Source of the DNA: an uncultured Actinomycetota bacterium
Lineage (GTDB): Bacteria; Actinomycetota; Actinomycetes; Mycobacteriales; SCTD01
Length of the DNA stretch: 64,000 bases
Assembly (NCBI GenBank): GCA_963760125.1
Contig: CAVXBV010000010.1
Location: 3,342 to 67,341 of the forward strand
Direction: 5' to 3'
Shown one piece after another: positions 37,234 to 45,969 of the stretch (within the stretch, counting starts at the first letter, position 1; the number at the start of each line of letters is the position of its first letter). The notes under the pieces were generated by a model. That model saw only the letters and a program-made list of their open reading frames with translations. It was not told the origin of the DNA and made no database searches. Position numbers and translations under genes: made by a program.

Positions 37234-37953
37234 ATGCCCTTCACCACCGACTCCATCGCCGGACGGCTCTGCGTGGGCACGCTCGACAGCATCGTCGAGC
37301 GGACCGGGCTGCAGCCGGCCGTCGAGCTCCCGTTGCTCTCGGCGATGTCGCCGGACCCCGTGGGGGTGATGCGCACCTGGACTGGCGGGAAGGGTGTGGC
37401 CAAGGCGGTCTACTGCGGCCTGGCGGTCGACGCGATCGGTCTGGACTCCCACATGGTGTTCGCCTTCACCGACGGCGACAGCCTGGTGCCCCACTTCACG
37501 CTGGACTCGGTGTTCGGCCAGGGCACCTACGCCTTCCACCTCGACCTCATCCCACGCGCCGACATGGGAGCCAACCTGCAGTACGTGAACGAGGTCTACC
37601 AGCCGCTGCTCGAGGTCTACGAGGAGGTCGAGGCCCGCGAGGGGTTCAGCAAGGCTGCCATCGGTCCGCGGCAGCGAGCGGTCATGAGTCCCTGGATGCT
37701 CACGAACCGCGCCACCGAGCAGGCGTTCCTCGCGATGTCCGGACCGGTCAACGCCTATCGCGACCACTGGTTCGGTCTGCTCGACGCGGGCCTGCCTGCC
37801 GACCTGGCGATCGAGCCAGACCTCGCCGGTCGGGACAGCCGCAACCGTAACGCGCTGTTCAGCCGTGAGGTCGACCCGGTGTGGGACACCATCACCCGGC
37901 TGATCGGCGAGCAGGCCGAGCAGATCCGGCTGCAGCTGGTGAGCAATGACTGA
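37234..37953 (+). CDS. Divergent RCCR/ferredoxin-dependent bilin reductase-like protein 3
   Basis: VPHFTLD...FHLDLIPRADMGANLQYVNEVYQPL parallels VPHFG...LDYLPRADLLVDLDYLDTYYEPL of 14171; also a C-terminal LAGRD like LRARD. Confidence 0.6.
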   Translation: MPFTTDSIAGRLCVGTLDSIVERTGLQPAVELPLLSAMSPDPVGVMRTWTGGKGVAKAVYCGLAVDAIGLDSHMVFAFTDGDSLVPHFTLDSVFGQGTYAFHLDLIPRADMGANLQYVNEVYQPLLEVYEEVEAREGFSKAAIGPRQRAVMSPWMLTNRATEQAFLAMSGPVNAYRDHWFGLLDAGLPADLAIEPDLAGRDSRNRNALFSREVDPVWDTITRLIGEQAEQIRLQLVSND

Positions 37954-38881
37954 CCAGACCTCCGACTGGCAGAAGAAGATCGAGGGCCGCTGGTACGGCC
38001 GGCCATCGCTGTTCGACCACGAGGGCAACCACGTCGGCTACGAGTACGTCGATCGTGCGTCTGTCGTGAAGGACGGCGTGACGACCTACTTCATGGACAC
38101 CCAGCTCACCGGCTCGGGTCCCCTGCGCAACCGCTTCGAGCTCGGCGCGCAGTTCGCGTTCGGCGTCGTTGACTCCGACGACAACCGGATCTACACGGGG
38201 CCGGACTTCTACGGGACCGGGCAGCCGTACGGCACCTTCGTCGACGCCCACTACTACTCCCCGGGGTGGCAGGCAGACCTGGTCACGTGGAACCAGATCC
38301 TTCCCGACGGCGTCACCCAGGTGTACTCCTCGGTGCTGCACGACGGGTGGGCCGTCTGTGCCGTGTTCAACGGCGTGTACAAGTGCACCTCGGACTACGA
38401 CACCGACCCCTCGGTGAAGGAGTTCATCGACGGCTGGATCGCCGCCGAGACCGAGCGGGGCTCGCGGCCGCAGGTGCTCCCGACGAAGCAGGCCGGTCGT
38501 TGGACCGGTGAGTGCGAGGTGGTGGCCGCGGACCGCACCGTGCTGGGCAAGGACCTGGTGACCATCGACCACCAGCCGCTGTCGCTGCGGCGCTCCCGGC
38601 AGACGGTGACGTGGGACGGCCCCCTGGCCAAGACCTACACCTACGAGCGCTACCGAGACGGGGCCCGCACGCAGTACGACGGTCCTGATGTCTGGGGCAA
38701 CGCGACGTCGTACGGTCGCGCGCTGTTCACCAGCCAGCACAGCGACAACGGCACCTGGAAGGTCAAGGGCCGTGAGTTCCTCCTCAACGAGGAGCGTGAG
38801 CTCGCCGTCGCCTGGGAGCACTTCGAGGGCGACACGCTGACTCACGTCGTGCACGGCCTGCTGACCTGGGAACCGTCGTGA
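37946..38881 (+). CDS. Hypothetical protein with tandem lipocalin/FABP-like beta-barrels
   Basis: Two repeats, each starting with a GxW motif (EGRWYG, AGRWTG) and containing Y(T/D)GPD(F/V)xG. Confidence 0.6.
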   Translation: MTDQTSDWQKKIEGRWYGRPSLFDHEGNHVGYEYVDRASVVKDGVTTYFMDTQLTGSGPLRNRFELGAQFAFGVVDSDDNRIYTGPDFYGTGQPYGTFVDAHYYSPGWQADLVTWNQILPDGVTQVYSSVLHDGWAVCAVFNGVYKCTSDYDTDPSVKEFIDGWIAAETERGSRPQVLPTKQAGRWTGECEVVAADRTVLGKDLVTIDHQPLSLRRSRQTVTWDGPLAKTYTYERYRDGARTQYDGPDVWGNATSYGRALFTSQHSDNGTWKVKGREFLLNEERELAVAWEHFEGDTLTHVVHGLLTWEPS

Positions 38882-39651
38882 AGGTCGTCGTCGTCACCGG
38901 CGGCACGCGCGGCATCGGCCGAGGCCTGGCTAAGGAACTGCTCGCCCAGGGCTCGCGCGTCGCGATCTGCGGCCGCACCGCCGCGGCGGTCGACAAGGCG
39001 GTCGCGGAGCTCGGGAGCGGGGTCGTGGGCGTCGTCGCGGACGTCACCGACGCGGCCGGCATGCAGAAGCTCTGGGACCACACCGTCGAGTCCTTCGGTC
39101 GCGTGGACGTGTGGATCAACAACGCGGGGGTCAGCGCGCCGCGGAAGCCCTTCGTCGACAGCGAGATCGACGACGCCTGGAGCGCCATCGAGATCAACCT
39201 CAAGGGCGTCATGACCGGCTCGCAGGTCGCGCTGCGCGGCTTCACGGCCCAGGGATCTGGCCAGCTGTGGAACATGGAGGGCTTCGGCAGCGGTGGGCAG
39301 AAGGCCCCCGGCATGGCCTCGTACGGCGCCAGCAAGCGCGCCGTCACCTACTTCACCCAGGCGCTTCTCAAGGACCTCAAGGGCACCCCGATCCAGGTCG
39401 GACTGCTCTCTCCCGGCATCGTGGCGACCGACCTGCTCGTCGGTGACTACGACAACGACCCTGTGGGCCTCGCCAAGGCGAAGAAGGTCTTCAACATCCT
39501 GGGCGACCGGGTCGAGACCGTGACGCCCTGGCTGGCGCGGCAGGTCCTCGCGACCGACAAGACCGGCGCGCACGTCCAGTGGCTGACCAAGCGCAAGGCC
39601 TTCCTGAGGTTCGCGACCGCGTTCCGCGCGCGGGACATCTTCGCGGCGTGA
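38878..39651 (+). CDS. SDR oxidoreductase, chlorophyll b reductase (NOL/NYC1)-like 2
   Basis: TGGTRGIG, DVWINNAG, WNMEGFGSGG, YGASKR, LSPGIVATDLL and FNILGD motifs. Confidence 0.85.
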   Translation: MKVVVVTGGTRGIGRGLAKELLAQGSRVAICGRTAAAVDKAVAELGSGVVGVVADVTDAAGMQKLWDHTVESFGRVDVWINNAGVSAPRKPFVDSEIDDAWSAIEINLKGVMTGSQVALRGFTAQGSGQLWNMEGFGSGGQKAPGMASYGASKRAVTYFTQALLKDLKGTPIQVGLLSPGIVATDLLVGDYDNDPVGLAKAKKVFNILGDRVETVTPWLARQVLATDKTGAHVQWLTKRKAFLRFATAFRARDIFAA

Positions 39652-40319
39652 GCATGGCGCTCGCCGTCGAGGTGGCGACGGTTCCGCTGGCCCTGGACGA
39701 CCTCGTCCCGGTCGTGCTGGCAGGGCTCGGTGCGTTCTGGCTGGCCGACCTGGTACGCCGCCGGCAGCCGGACCTCGCCTCCGTCGCGCGGACGGGGGCG
39801 GGGCTCGTTCTCCTCGGGGGGCTCTGCAAGGCCTTGTGGAAGCTGACACTCGCCGTCAGCGACCGGGACATCACGTGGCTCGCGGACGGGCTGTTCGGGC
39901 TGCTGGCACCCGGGTTCACCTTCCTGGCCTGGAGCCTGCTGGCGGTGAGGCGGCGGCGGCTTCCGCTGCCGGTCCCCGTCGGCGTCCTCGGCGTCGGATA
40001 CGCCGCGGCCCTCGCCCTCGAGACGACAGGTCCGCTGCTCGCCGTCACGGTGATCAGCTCCACGACGACGGGGGTGATCGCCCTGCTGCTGGCCCGTGAA
40101 GGGGGAGACCTGGTCGCCGCCGTCCTGTTCGGCCTCCAGCTGGCGATGGCCTACGCCCTCGTCCCGCTGGCCGGCTCCGGCCAGACCCTCTCCCGCCAGT
40201 GGTGGGAGCAGTCGCTCAACACCGTCGGGCAAGCCGCCTTCGCGGTTGCTGCCTTCCGCCTGCGCAGCAACGACGTACCTGCCTCGAACGACCTCGCCCT
40301 CATCAGGAGCACCTCATGA
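39648..40319 (+). CDS. Hypothetical integral membrane protein
   Basis: About 7 hydrophobic segments; overlaps both neighbouring genes. Confidence 0.7.
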   Translation: MSMALAVEVATVPLALDDLVPVVLAGLGAFWLADLVRRRQPDLASVARTGAGLVLLGGLCKALWKLTLAVSDRDITWLADGLFGLLAPGFTFLAWSLLAVRRRRLPLPVPVGVLGVGYAAALALETTGPLLAVTVISSTTTGVIALLLAREGGDLVAAVLFGLQLAMAYALVPLAGSGQTLSRQWWEQSLNTVGQAAFAVAAFRLRSNDVPASNDLALIRSTS

Positions 40320-41056
40320 CCGACGCCCTCGGCTGGCGCAACAAGTTCGGCGTCATCGCCCCCAGCACCAACACCATCGTGGAGCCCGAGTTCTACGCCA
40401 TGGCGGTACCCGGGGTCACGGCGCACTTCAGCCGGATCCACATCCGCAACCAGGTCATGGACTCCGACGACGGCATGGAGCGACTGCTCGAGCAGATCCG
40501 GGCCGAGATCGGCGGTGCGTGCGAGCGAGTGCTGACCGCCGAGCCGGACTACATGGTCATGGGCATGAGCGCCGAGACCTTCTGGGACGGCGTCGAGGGC
40601 AACCGGGCGTTCATCAAGCAGATCAACGACATCACCGGTCTGCAGGTCGCGACCGGAGCGCAGGCCTGCGAGCGCGCCCTCCACCTGTACGGCGCCAAGA
40701 AGATCGGCGTCGTGACGCCCTACCAGCCGGTCGGCGACGCGAACGTCGTGAAGTTCTTCGAGGAGCTCGGCTTCGAGGTCACCGCCATCAAGGGCCTCAA
40801 GTGCCCCACCGCCGTCTCGATCGCCCACGTCACGCAGGACGAGCTGCGCGACGCGATCCTCGAGGTGCACGGCGACGCCGATGCCGTCGTGCAGTGCGGG
40901 ACGAACCTGTCGATGGTCACCCTGGCCGACGAGGCCGAGCGGTGGTTGCACAAGCCGGTCATCGCCATCAACGCGGCAACCTGGTGGATGGCCCTGCGCG
41001 ACAACGGCATCGAGGACAAGGTGTACGGCGCCGGTGGGCTGCTGCGCGACTTCTGA
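40316..41056 (+). CDS. Maleate isomerase/arylmalonate decarboxylase family protein 2
   Basis: GVIAPSTNTIVE, MGMSAETFW, TPYQP and CGTNL; paralog of 22831. Confidence 0.85.
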   Translation: MTDALGWRNKFGVIAPSTNTIVEPEFYAMAVPGVTAHFSRIHIRNQVMDSDDGMERLLEQIRAEIGGACERVLTAEPDYMVMGMSAETFWDGVEGNRAFIKQINDITGLQVATGAQACERALHLYGAKKIGVVTPYQPVGDANVVKFFEELGFEVTAIKGLKCPTAVSIAHVTQDELRDAILEVHGDADAVVQCGTNLSMVTLADEAERWLHKPVIAINAATWWMALRDNGIEDKVYGAGGLLRDF

Positions 41057-41061
41057 GCGCG

Positions 41062-41757
41062 CTACTGCAGCAGGCTCACGGCCCGTGACACCACCAGCAG
41101 CGACAGCACGAGCGACGACGTGGACTCGAGGGCCATCAGGGCCTTCACCCGTGACGACAAGGGCATCGTGTCGGTCGGGCTGAAAGCGGAGGAGTTCGTC
41201 ACGGACACGTACAGGTAGTCGACCAGCGTGGGCACCCAGTCGTCCCGGTCGCTGCTCCCACGGGCCACCTCCTCGATGGCGTCGTGGTCCTCGTCCTGCG
41301 GGAAGCGGAAGTCGGCGCTCGGCAGCTCCTTGCGGGGTGCCTGGGTGCGCGGCACCGGTCCGCCTCGGTCCAGCTCCCAGAACACCAGCCCGTAGGCGAT
41401 GACGTTGGTGAGCCAGACCTGCATCGAGGCGATGAGGAGCGCACTCGGGTCCTTGGCCTCGCCGTCCAGGAGGGCCTGGACGAGCAGGACCAGCACGGTG
41501 GTGTTGGCCGCCACGATGAACAGGGCCAGGGTGAGCGCGACCGGCCGAGACCACCGGGTCTGCCGGGTCAGGCGCAAGGGGTTGACGACGACGAGAGGGA
41601 TCAGCAGGAGCAGCTCGAGGGCGGGCACGACCAGCCGTGGTCCCAGCACCAACCGGGAGGGAAGCAGGGACTGCAGGGCGATGGCGACGAGAACTGCCAC
41701 GACGGCTGGCAACCGGGCCTCGCCTCGACGGCCTTCCCGGGGGGTGCTGCGGGGCAT
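41062..41757 (-). CDS. DUF1345-like membrane protein
   Basis: FWELDRGGP, DFRFPQ and DYLYVSVTNSSAFSPTDTMPL motifs. Confidence 0.8.
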   Translation of the reverse strand: MPRSTPREGRRGEARLPAVVAVLVAIALQSLLPSRLVLGPRLVVPALELLLLIPLVVVNPLRLTRQTRWSRPVALTLALFIVAANTTVLVLLVQALLDGEAKDPSALLIASMQVWLTNVIAYGLVFWELDRGGPVPRTQAPRKELPSADFRFPQDEDHDAIEEVARGSSDRDDWVPTLVDYLYVSVTNSSAFSPTDTMPLSSRVKALMALESTSSLVLSLLVVSRAVSLLQ

Positions 41758-41838
41758 CGGTCGGCTCCTGACAGGAAGGGCCCCGGTGCGGTCAGGGCAT
41801 GCGAGGCTGAGGCCTCACTACCCCGGGAGGATGCCACC

Positions 41839-42534
41839 ATGTGCACTGTGGTCGTCCGGCGCGACGGCGCGCAGCCGGCGCACGTTCTCGCGCTGCGCGA
41901 TGAGCTCGGGGATCGGCCGTTCGACGACCCGGGTCGGTGGTGGCCCAGGCTGCCGGGCGTGGTGGGCGGCCGGGACCGCCAGGCAGGGGGCAGCTGGTGC
42001 GTGACCGACGTGCCCCGCGGCCGCACGGCGCTCGTGCTGAACCGGCCGTTCCGCCGGGTGGCCGAGCCCGGCGCTCCCTCGCGGGGGGTGTTGCCCCTGC
42101 TGGCAGCGGAGCACGGTCCGCAGTGGGCTGAGCATCTTGAGCTTGGGGGCATGGCGACGTTCACCGTCGTGCTCGTCGAGCCAGAAACCACGCTGGTGTG
42201 GGACTACGACGGGGACGCGCTCCTGTCGCGCACGCTCCCCTCGGGGACGGCCATGGTGACGTCCGGAGGAGCGGAGGACGGGAAGGCCGACCGGTTCCTG
42301 CCCGCCTTCACCGCCACGCCGGTTGAGGCGTGGCCCGACCTCGTGGCAGGCCAGACCCCGGTCGATGACCCTGCTGCCCTGGTCGTCCATCACCCGGTGA
42401 CGCTGCCGGACGGCAGCAGTGGCACCTTTGCGACCGTGCTCGCGCAGCTGCTCCGCGCCGTACCCGGTCGGCTGGACGTCGCGTGGAGCAGGACGCCGAC
42501 CCAGCGGCCGTGGACGGCGTCGAGCTGGGGGTGA
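41839..42534 (+). CDS. NRDE/TANGO2 family protein
   Basis: N-terminal MCT, LRDE, GGRDRQAGGSW and SRGVLP motifs. Confidence 0.8.
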   Translation: MCTVVVRRDGAQPAHVLALRDELGDRPFDDPGRWWPRLPGVVGGRDRQAGGSWCVTDVPRGRTALVLNRPFRRVAEPGAPSRGVLPLLAAEHGPQWAEHLELGGMATFTVVLVEPETTLVWDYDGDALLSRTLPSGTAMVTSGGAEDGKADRFLPAFTATPVEAWPDLVAGQTPVDDPAALVVHHPVTLPDGSSGTFATVLAQLLRAVPGRLDVAWSRTPTQRPWTASSWG

Positions 42535-42546
42535 CCAGCCTCTGAC

Positions 42547-44163
42547 TCAGGGCATCGGGCCCGGGAAGTGCTTCGGGGACACATCACCGCAGTGCACGCC
42601 GTCGTTGAGGCAGCGGTCCACCAGTACGTCCAGGGTCGGCTGGTGCCAGGCGTTCCAGAAGTCCGCGTGCAGGGTCAGGCCCGACGTCTCGGACGCAAGG
42701 TAGGAGCGGCTGTTGGTCGTCCCGGGCGGGTATCGGAACGCCACCGTCATCTGGGGCAGCCGAACGGGATGGGCGCTGTCGCAGGAGTCGCCTTTCCCGT
42801 ACGACAGGTGCGACTGGTGGTCCGCGCTGTCGAGGTGGACCCCGTCCCAGCAATTGGGAAACACGACAGACCCCTCGAGCAGGTCCTCGGAGGCGCAGTC
42901 CGGGATCGTCGACTGCTTCCCGATCGCGGTCCGGTCCGGCGACACGGTGCGGCACTGCCAGCCGGCGATCTGCTTGGGCTGCGGGCTGGTGGCGCGGGCG
43001 TCGCCCGCGATGATCCGCAGGCCAGCGGGGATGGGGGCGACCTTGCCGAGCGTCCCCACGCGGTAGTAGGCCCGCACGAGGGTCGGCACGAGGGCGGTGC
43101 CGTGCTCGTCGAACAGCTGCGGGAACCAGTACGCAGCCCGGTCCCGGTCCAGTCGGCAGGTCGAGCCGCCGCGCTCCAGGGAGTCCTGGGTCGAGGCCGC
43201 ATGGGTGGAGTCGTTGCCCGCGAACACGTGCTGGTGCGACCGACCGGGCTGGTTCGGGTAGACGATCGGGTCGTCGCCCAGCACCGAACCGACGTCGCAC
43301 CGGACGTTGAAGTCGACGTTCTTCCGGTAGCCGTCGGGGTCGTCCCGGCTCGGTCGGTCGAACGAGCTGTCCAGGGCGTACGACGGCGTGGCCCTCGGGG
43401 AGGGAGCAGCGGTCGTGCGGGTGGCAGCGGACGGTCGCGAGCTGGGGGTGGCCGTCGGGAACGGGGCGGACGTAGACGTGGGCTGAACCCGGGCGGCCTG
43501 TGCAGAGGGGCTGGGTGCCGGAGTGCGAGTCGGGCCAGCCGTCGTCGTGGCTCGAGGGGAAGCCGCCGGTGCCAGGGTCAGTCGCATCGCCGAGACCTTG
43601 GCCTGCCCCGTGCGGTTCCGGAACGTCAGTGTCACCGCTCCCCGCTCGCTCGGCGCGTCGAAGCTCACGCGGGTGGCGCGGAACGCGCCGCCGGCGTTCC
43701 GCACGACGTCGACGGCGCGGGCGCGGACGACCCCGCGGGACAGGACGTCGAAGACGCGCTGCCCGCGACGCGCCCCCCCGGTCTCCGCCAGGTAGAGCGT
43801 CACGCGGTAGGTCCCCTGCGTGGCCACCGGGATGCGGCAGGACCTCACACCGACCCGCTGGCGCTGGTAGAGCACAGGCGTGCTCGTCCCGGTGATGCGG
43901 CGCGTGGACGCGCTGGTCACCCCGCCCCGGCACGTCGTGTCGGCCGCCCATCGTGCACCGGCCGGATCGCGATAGTCAGAACTGCCAGGGAGGAACCGGG
44001 TCGCCCCTGCGGTGCTGGTCGGACCCGCGGACGTCCCCGCCGTGGGCATGACGACCGCGGTCACGGTTCCTCCGGCCAGCAGGACCACGAGTCCTGCGGC
44101 GAGGGCGAACCGAGTCGTGAGAGTCGTGGGGAGGGACGAGGACAGAAAGCCGGAAAAGCGCAT
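42547..44163 (-). CDS. Secreted malectin-domain plus DUF1996 protein
   Basis: YRVTLYLAE...RVFDV (malectin); Pro/Thr linker; DDPIVYP, HQHVFAGN, FPNCWDG and HADFWN (DUF1996). Confidence 0.85.
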   Translation of the reverse strand: MRFSGFLSSSLPTTLTTRFALAAGLVVLLAGGTVTAVVMPTAGTSAGPTSTAGATRFLPGSSDYRDPAGARWAADTTCRGGVTSASTRRITGTSTPVLYQRQRVGVRSCRIPVATQGTYRVTLYLAETGGARRGQRVFDVLSRGVVRARAVDVVRNAGGAFRATRVSFDAPSERGAVTLTFRNRTGQAKVSAMRLTLAPAASPRATTTAGPTRTPAPSPSAQAARVQPTSTSAPFPTATPSSRPSAATRTTAAPSPRATPSYALDSSFDRPSRDDPDGYRKNVDFNVRCDVGSVLGDDPIVYPNQPGRSHQHVFAGNDSTHAASTQDSLERGGSTCRLDRDRAAYWFPQLFDEHGTALVPTLVRAYYRVGTLGKVAPIPAGLRIIAGDARATSPQPKQIAGWQCRTVSPDRTAIGKQSTIPDCASEDLLEGSVVFPNCWDGVHLDSADHQSHLSYGKGDSCDSAHPVRLPQMTVAFRYPPGTTNSRSYLASETSGLTLHADFWNAWHQPTLDVLVDRCLNDGVHCGDVSPKHFPGPMP

Positions 44164-44425
44164 GGCGGGGGCCTTGAGATCGCGAGGGGGATGTGGCGAG
44201 CGAGGGGCAGGGAGAGCTCTCAACACAGATGATCGGCCATCCGCAGCAGCGGATGAAACGCCAGAACTGCGCCATCTGCCTCACTCGTCGGCCCGATACG
44301 CCCGCCAGAGGTGGCGCACGCCGCCGAACGTGCCGTCCCGGCTACGTCCCTTGCCCCTCCCCCCAGAGGCTGGGGGCCGACACGCTCGTGCCCCTCACCA
44401 CGCACCCTCGAGAGGCAGGACGCCC

Positions 44426-45928
44426 ATGACGACCTCGACCGCACGGCACGCTCGGCCCCCACAGCGCCGGCTTCGCCGCCATGCACTGCCCCTGCTCCTG
44501 GGCACAGGAACCTTGCTGGCGGCGTCGCTGGCGATCCCGACGACGCCTGCCCACGCCTTCGGCGATGGCAGCTTCGCGGGCAGTCTCCTGCGCGGCTCGG
44601 CCCACGGCGGCACCGTGCAGCTGCGCCACGCCAGCGGCGCGCTGGTCAAAGCAGGCCCCATTGCCAGCCAGAGCCTGGGCTGCAACCCCGCTCTCGGTGA
44701 GAGCAACTACAAGTCCTCGGACGGAGCGACCTCGCAGCTCAACTACCTGGGGTCGATCACCATCCCCATTCCGCAGAGCACCGATCTCGTCCTGCGTTCC
44801 GACACGATCCGCAACAGCGGCTACGCCACGGCGACGGACGCCGCCGCCGAGGTCTTCGAGAAGTCGACCACGCAGGCGATGAACCTGATGCAGGGGCGCA
44901 TCACCGCCACCTCGGTCCAAGAGACGGCGCACACCAAGCTGGACGCCGACGGGTACCACAGCGACGCCGCAGCGGTGTTCACCGATCTCCTGCTGGACCT
45001 CGACGGCCCAGGGGGGAACGACCCGACGCCCATCGTGCTCAGCGGGCCCAACCAGCGCGTCGACCTCGGCCCGCTCGGGTACGCGATCTTCGACGAGCAG
45101 ATCCCGAACGCGACCGGCATCACGGCCAACGCCGTCCATGTGGTCGTCAACGACCTGCGGGGGTTCACCGGCGACGTCTACGTCGCCCATGTCCAGACCG
45201 AGGTCAGCGTGGCTCCGGCCCGCATCAGCGGGTTCGCCTACGCCAGTGACGCGCGGCTTGCACCCCTGGCCAGCAGCGGGAAGCAGGCCCTGGTCAACTT
45301 GCCGTGCAACGGCACCGGCGGCAAGGACAAGGTGCGTACCACCGGTCGCGTGATCGCCCCCGGCGCGGCGGCTGGGTCCCGGGTGATCGATGAAGGGGCC
45401 ACGAAGGACACGGTCAACGCAGTACTTAGCAAGACATCGCCGTACAGCCGCTCCACGGCCGAGAGCGAAGCCGTCAAGTTGGTGGTGGACCCGGACGGCG
45501 TCGCGCGCGTGACAGCGGACGTGGTCCGCGTCCGGGCCCACACGTACGCGGGCTACGACCGGCTGGCCTACGCCCTGACGGGGACGAAGTCGTGGATCCA
45601 GGGGATCCGCAGCGAGGGCTCGACGGAGCTGGTCAACCTCGTGGTCGATGGCTCTCCCATACCGGTGGACTCGAGCACAGGAACCACGACGCGGATCGAG
45701 CTCCCCGGGTTGGGCTACCTCCAGGTGAACGAGCAGCGCTGCTCCAGCGTTGCTCCGGGCGGGAGTGACGGCAACTGCTCGAGCCTGGTGAACGGGACGG
45801 ACTCGCACTTCAACCAGATCACGGTGACAGGCCTGCACCTGGTGGTCACGGTGCCGGACAACGCAGCGGGTCTGCCGGTCGGCGCGGACGTGCGGATCGG
45901 CGTCGCGCACAGCGACCTGGCCTTCTAG
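44426..45928 (+). CDS. Secreted beta-rich protein (choice-of-anchor P-like)
   Basis: Long signal peptide ending AHA; duplicated domain with LGY...(D/N)EQ...(A/G)(V/L)H(V/L)VV repeats. Confidence 0.65.
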   Translation: MTTSTARHARPPQRRLRRHALPLLLGTGTLLAASLAIPTTPAHAFGDGSFAGSLLRGSAHGGTVQLRHASGALVKAGPIASQSLGCNPALGESNYKSSDGATSQLNYLGSITIPIPQSTDLVLRSDTIRNSGYATATDAAAEVFEKSTTQAMNLMQGRITATSVQETAHTKLDADGYHSDAAAVFTDLLLDLDGPGGNDPTPIVLSGPNQRVDLGPLGYAIFDEQIPNATGITANAVHVVVNDLRGFTGDVYVAHVQTEVSVAPARISGFAYASDARLAPLASSGKQALVNLPCNGTGGKDKVRTTGRVIAPGAAAGSRVIDEGATKDTVNAVLSKTSPYSRSTAESEAVKLVVDPDGVARVTADVVRVRAHTYAGYDRLAYALTGTKSWIQGIRSEGSTELVNLVVDGSPIPVDSSTGTTTRIELPGLGYLQVNEQRCSSVAPGGSDGNCSSLVNGTDSHFNQITVTGLHLVVTVPDNAAGLPVGADVRIGVAHSDLAF

Positions 45929-45941
45929 CCCCGACCCTGGG

Positions 45942-45969
45942 CCGGGCTGTCGGAAGACCGGCAGCCCGG
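45942..45969. terminator. Hairpin between convergent genes
   Basis: CCGGGCTGTCGG-aaga-CCGGCAGCCCGG. Confidence 0.7.
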
